Part shown: positions 63,526 through 64,000 of the stretch, piece after piece
Layout of the letters: each line of letters starts with the position of its first letter
Position numbering within the stretch: position 1 is the stretch's first letter
Origin: Camelus dromedarius
Lineage: Eukaryota
Direction of reading: 5' to 3'
Assembly (NCBI RefSeq): GCF_036321535.1
Contig: NC_087443.1
Location: 18,290,001 to 18,354,000 of the forward strand
Length of the DNA stretch: 64,000 nt
Notes under the pieces: generated by a model
Database searches by the model: none
What the model was told of the DNA's origin: nothing
The model's input: the letters and a program-made list of their open reading frames with translations, nothing else
Made by a program: the position numbers and the translations under genes

Positions 63526-64000
63526 AGACTTTGACAATCAGTGCAATGTAGTAGAGATATTTTAATTCATGTTGCCTTGTGTGCGTGTGATGTAGATTTG
63601 GGTAGAAAGAGGTCTGCTCACAGGACAGTGGGGTTGTCCCTGAATCCCTAGGAGACAATTAAAGTGGGGCAGCAGGTCTCAGTGGGAGTCACTCACCGGG
63701 GAAGATCTCCTGCTCAGCACAGCCAAGGTGGGTCCTCATGGACTTCTATCCCCAGAGCACTGAGTCTGCTTTCGCCTGGGGCGCTTTGCTACAATCCTGT
63801 GTATCCTAAAGTGTCAGAAGAAAGAACAGTGATGATAAGAACTGTGGGAGAGGGACAGGTTTTGATTTCAATTACCTGCTCCTCTACCTACAATGGCTTT
63901 CCTTGGATTGTATTATAACGAACGCTCAGCCACGTGGGAGCAGAGTCTATGCATGGTTTTGAGTATATTACAAGTCTCCAGCCCAGCACTTGGCCAAGAA

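Overview
Mammalian genomic DNA with four short N gaps. It is very probably from a camelid: it has camelid-type tRNA-derived SINEs and cetartiodactyl-type Tigger1, LTR and L1 elements. The window is syntenic with the human RASSF4/DEPP1/ZNF22 region. It contains: (1) RASSF4 on +, with a CpG-island promoter near 4.0 kb, nine readable coding exons between 13321 and 35998, one coding exon that must lie in the N gap 34569-34740, and a polyA signal at 37441; (2) DEPP1 (C10orf10) on -, nested in RASSF4 intron 3, CDS 21263-21889; (3) a disrupted homologue of human C10orf25/ZNF22-AS1, head-to-head with (4) ZNF22 on +, CDS 46824-47501, five C2H2 fingers; (5) an intron-containing RALGDS-like gene on + (59063 to about 63376) that keeps an open frame over 7-8 exons and appears to stop before the catalytic CDC25 domain. 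The rest is ordinary interspersed repeat (MIR, L2, L1, MER5A/33/58, MLT1, Tigger1, two solo LTRs). Gene identities rest on remembered human protein sequences plus splice-phase consistency. No database search was run. Most ORFs in the supplied track are spurious.
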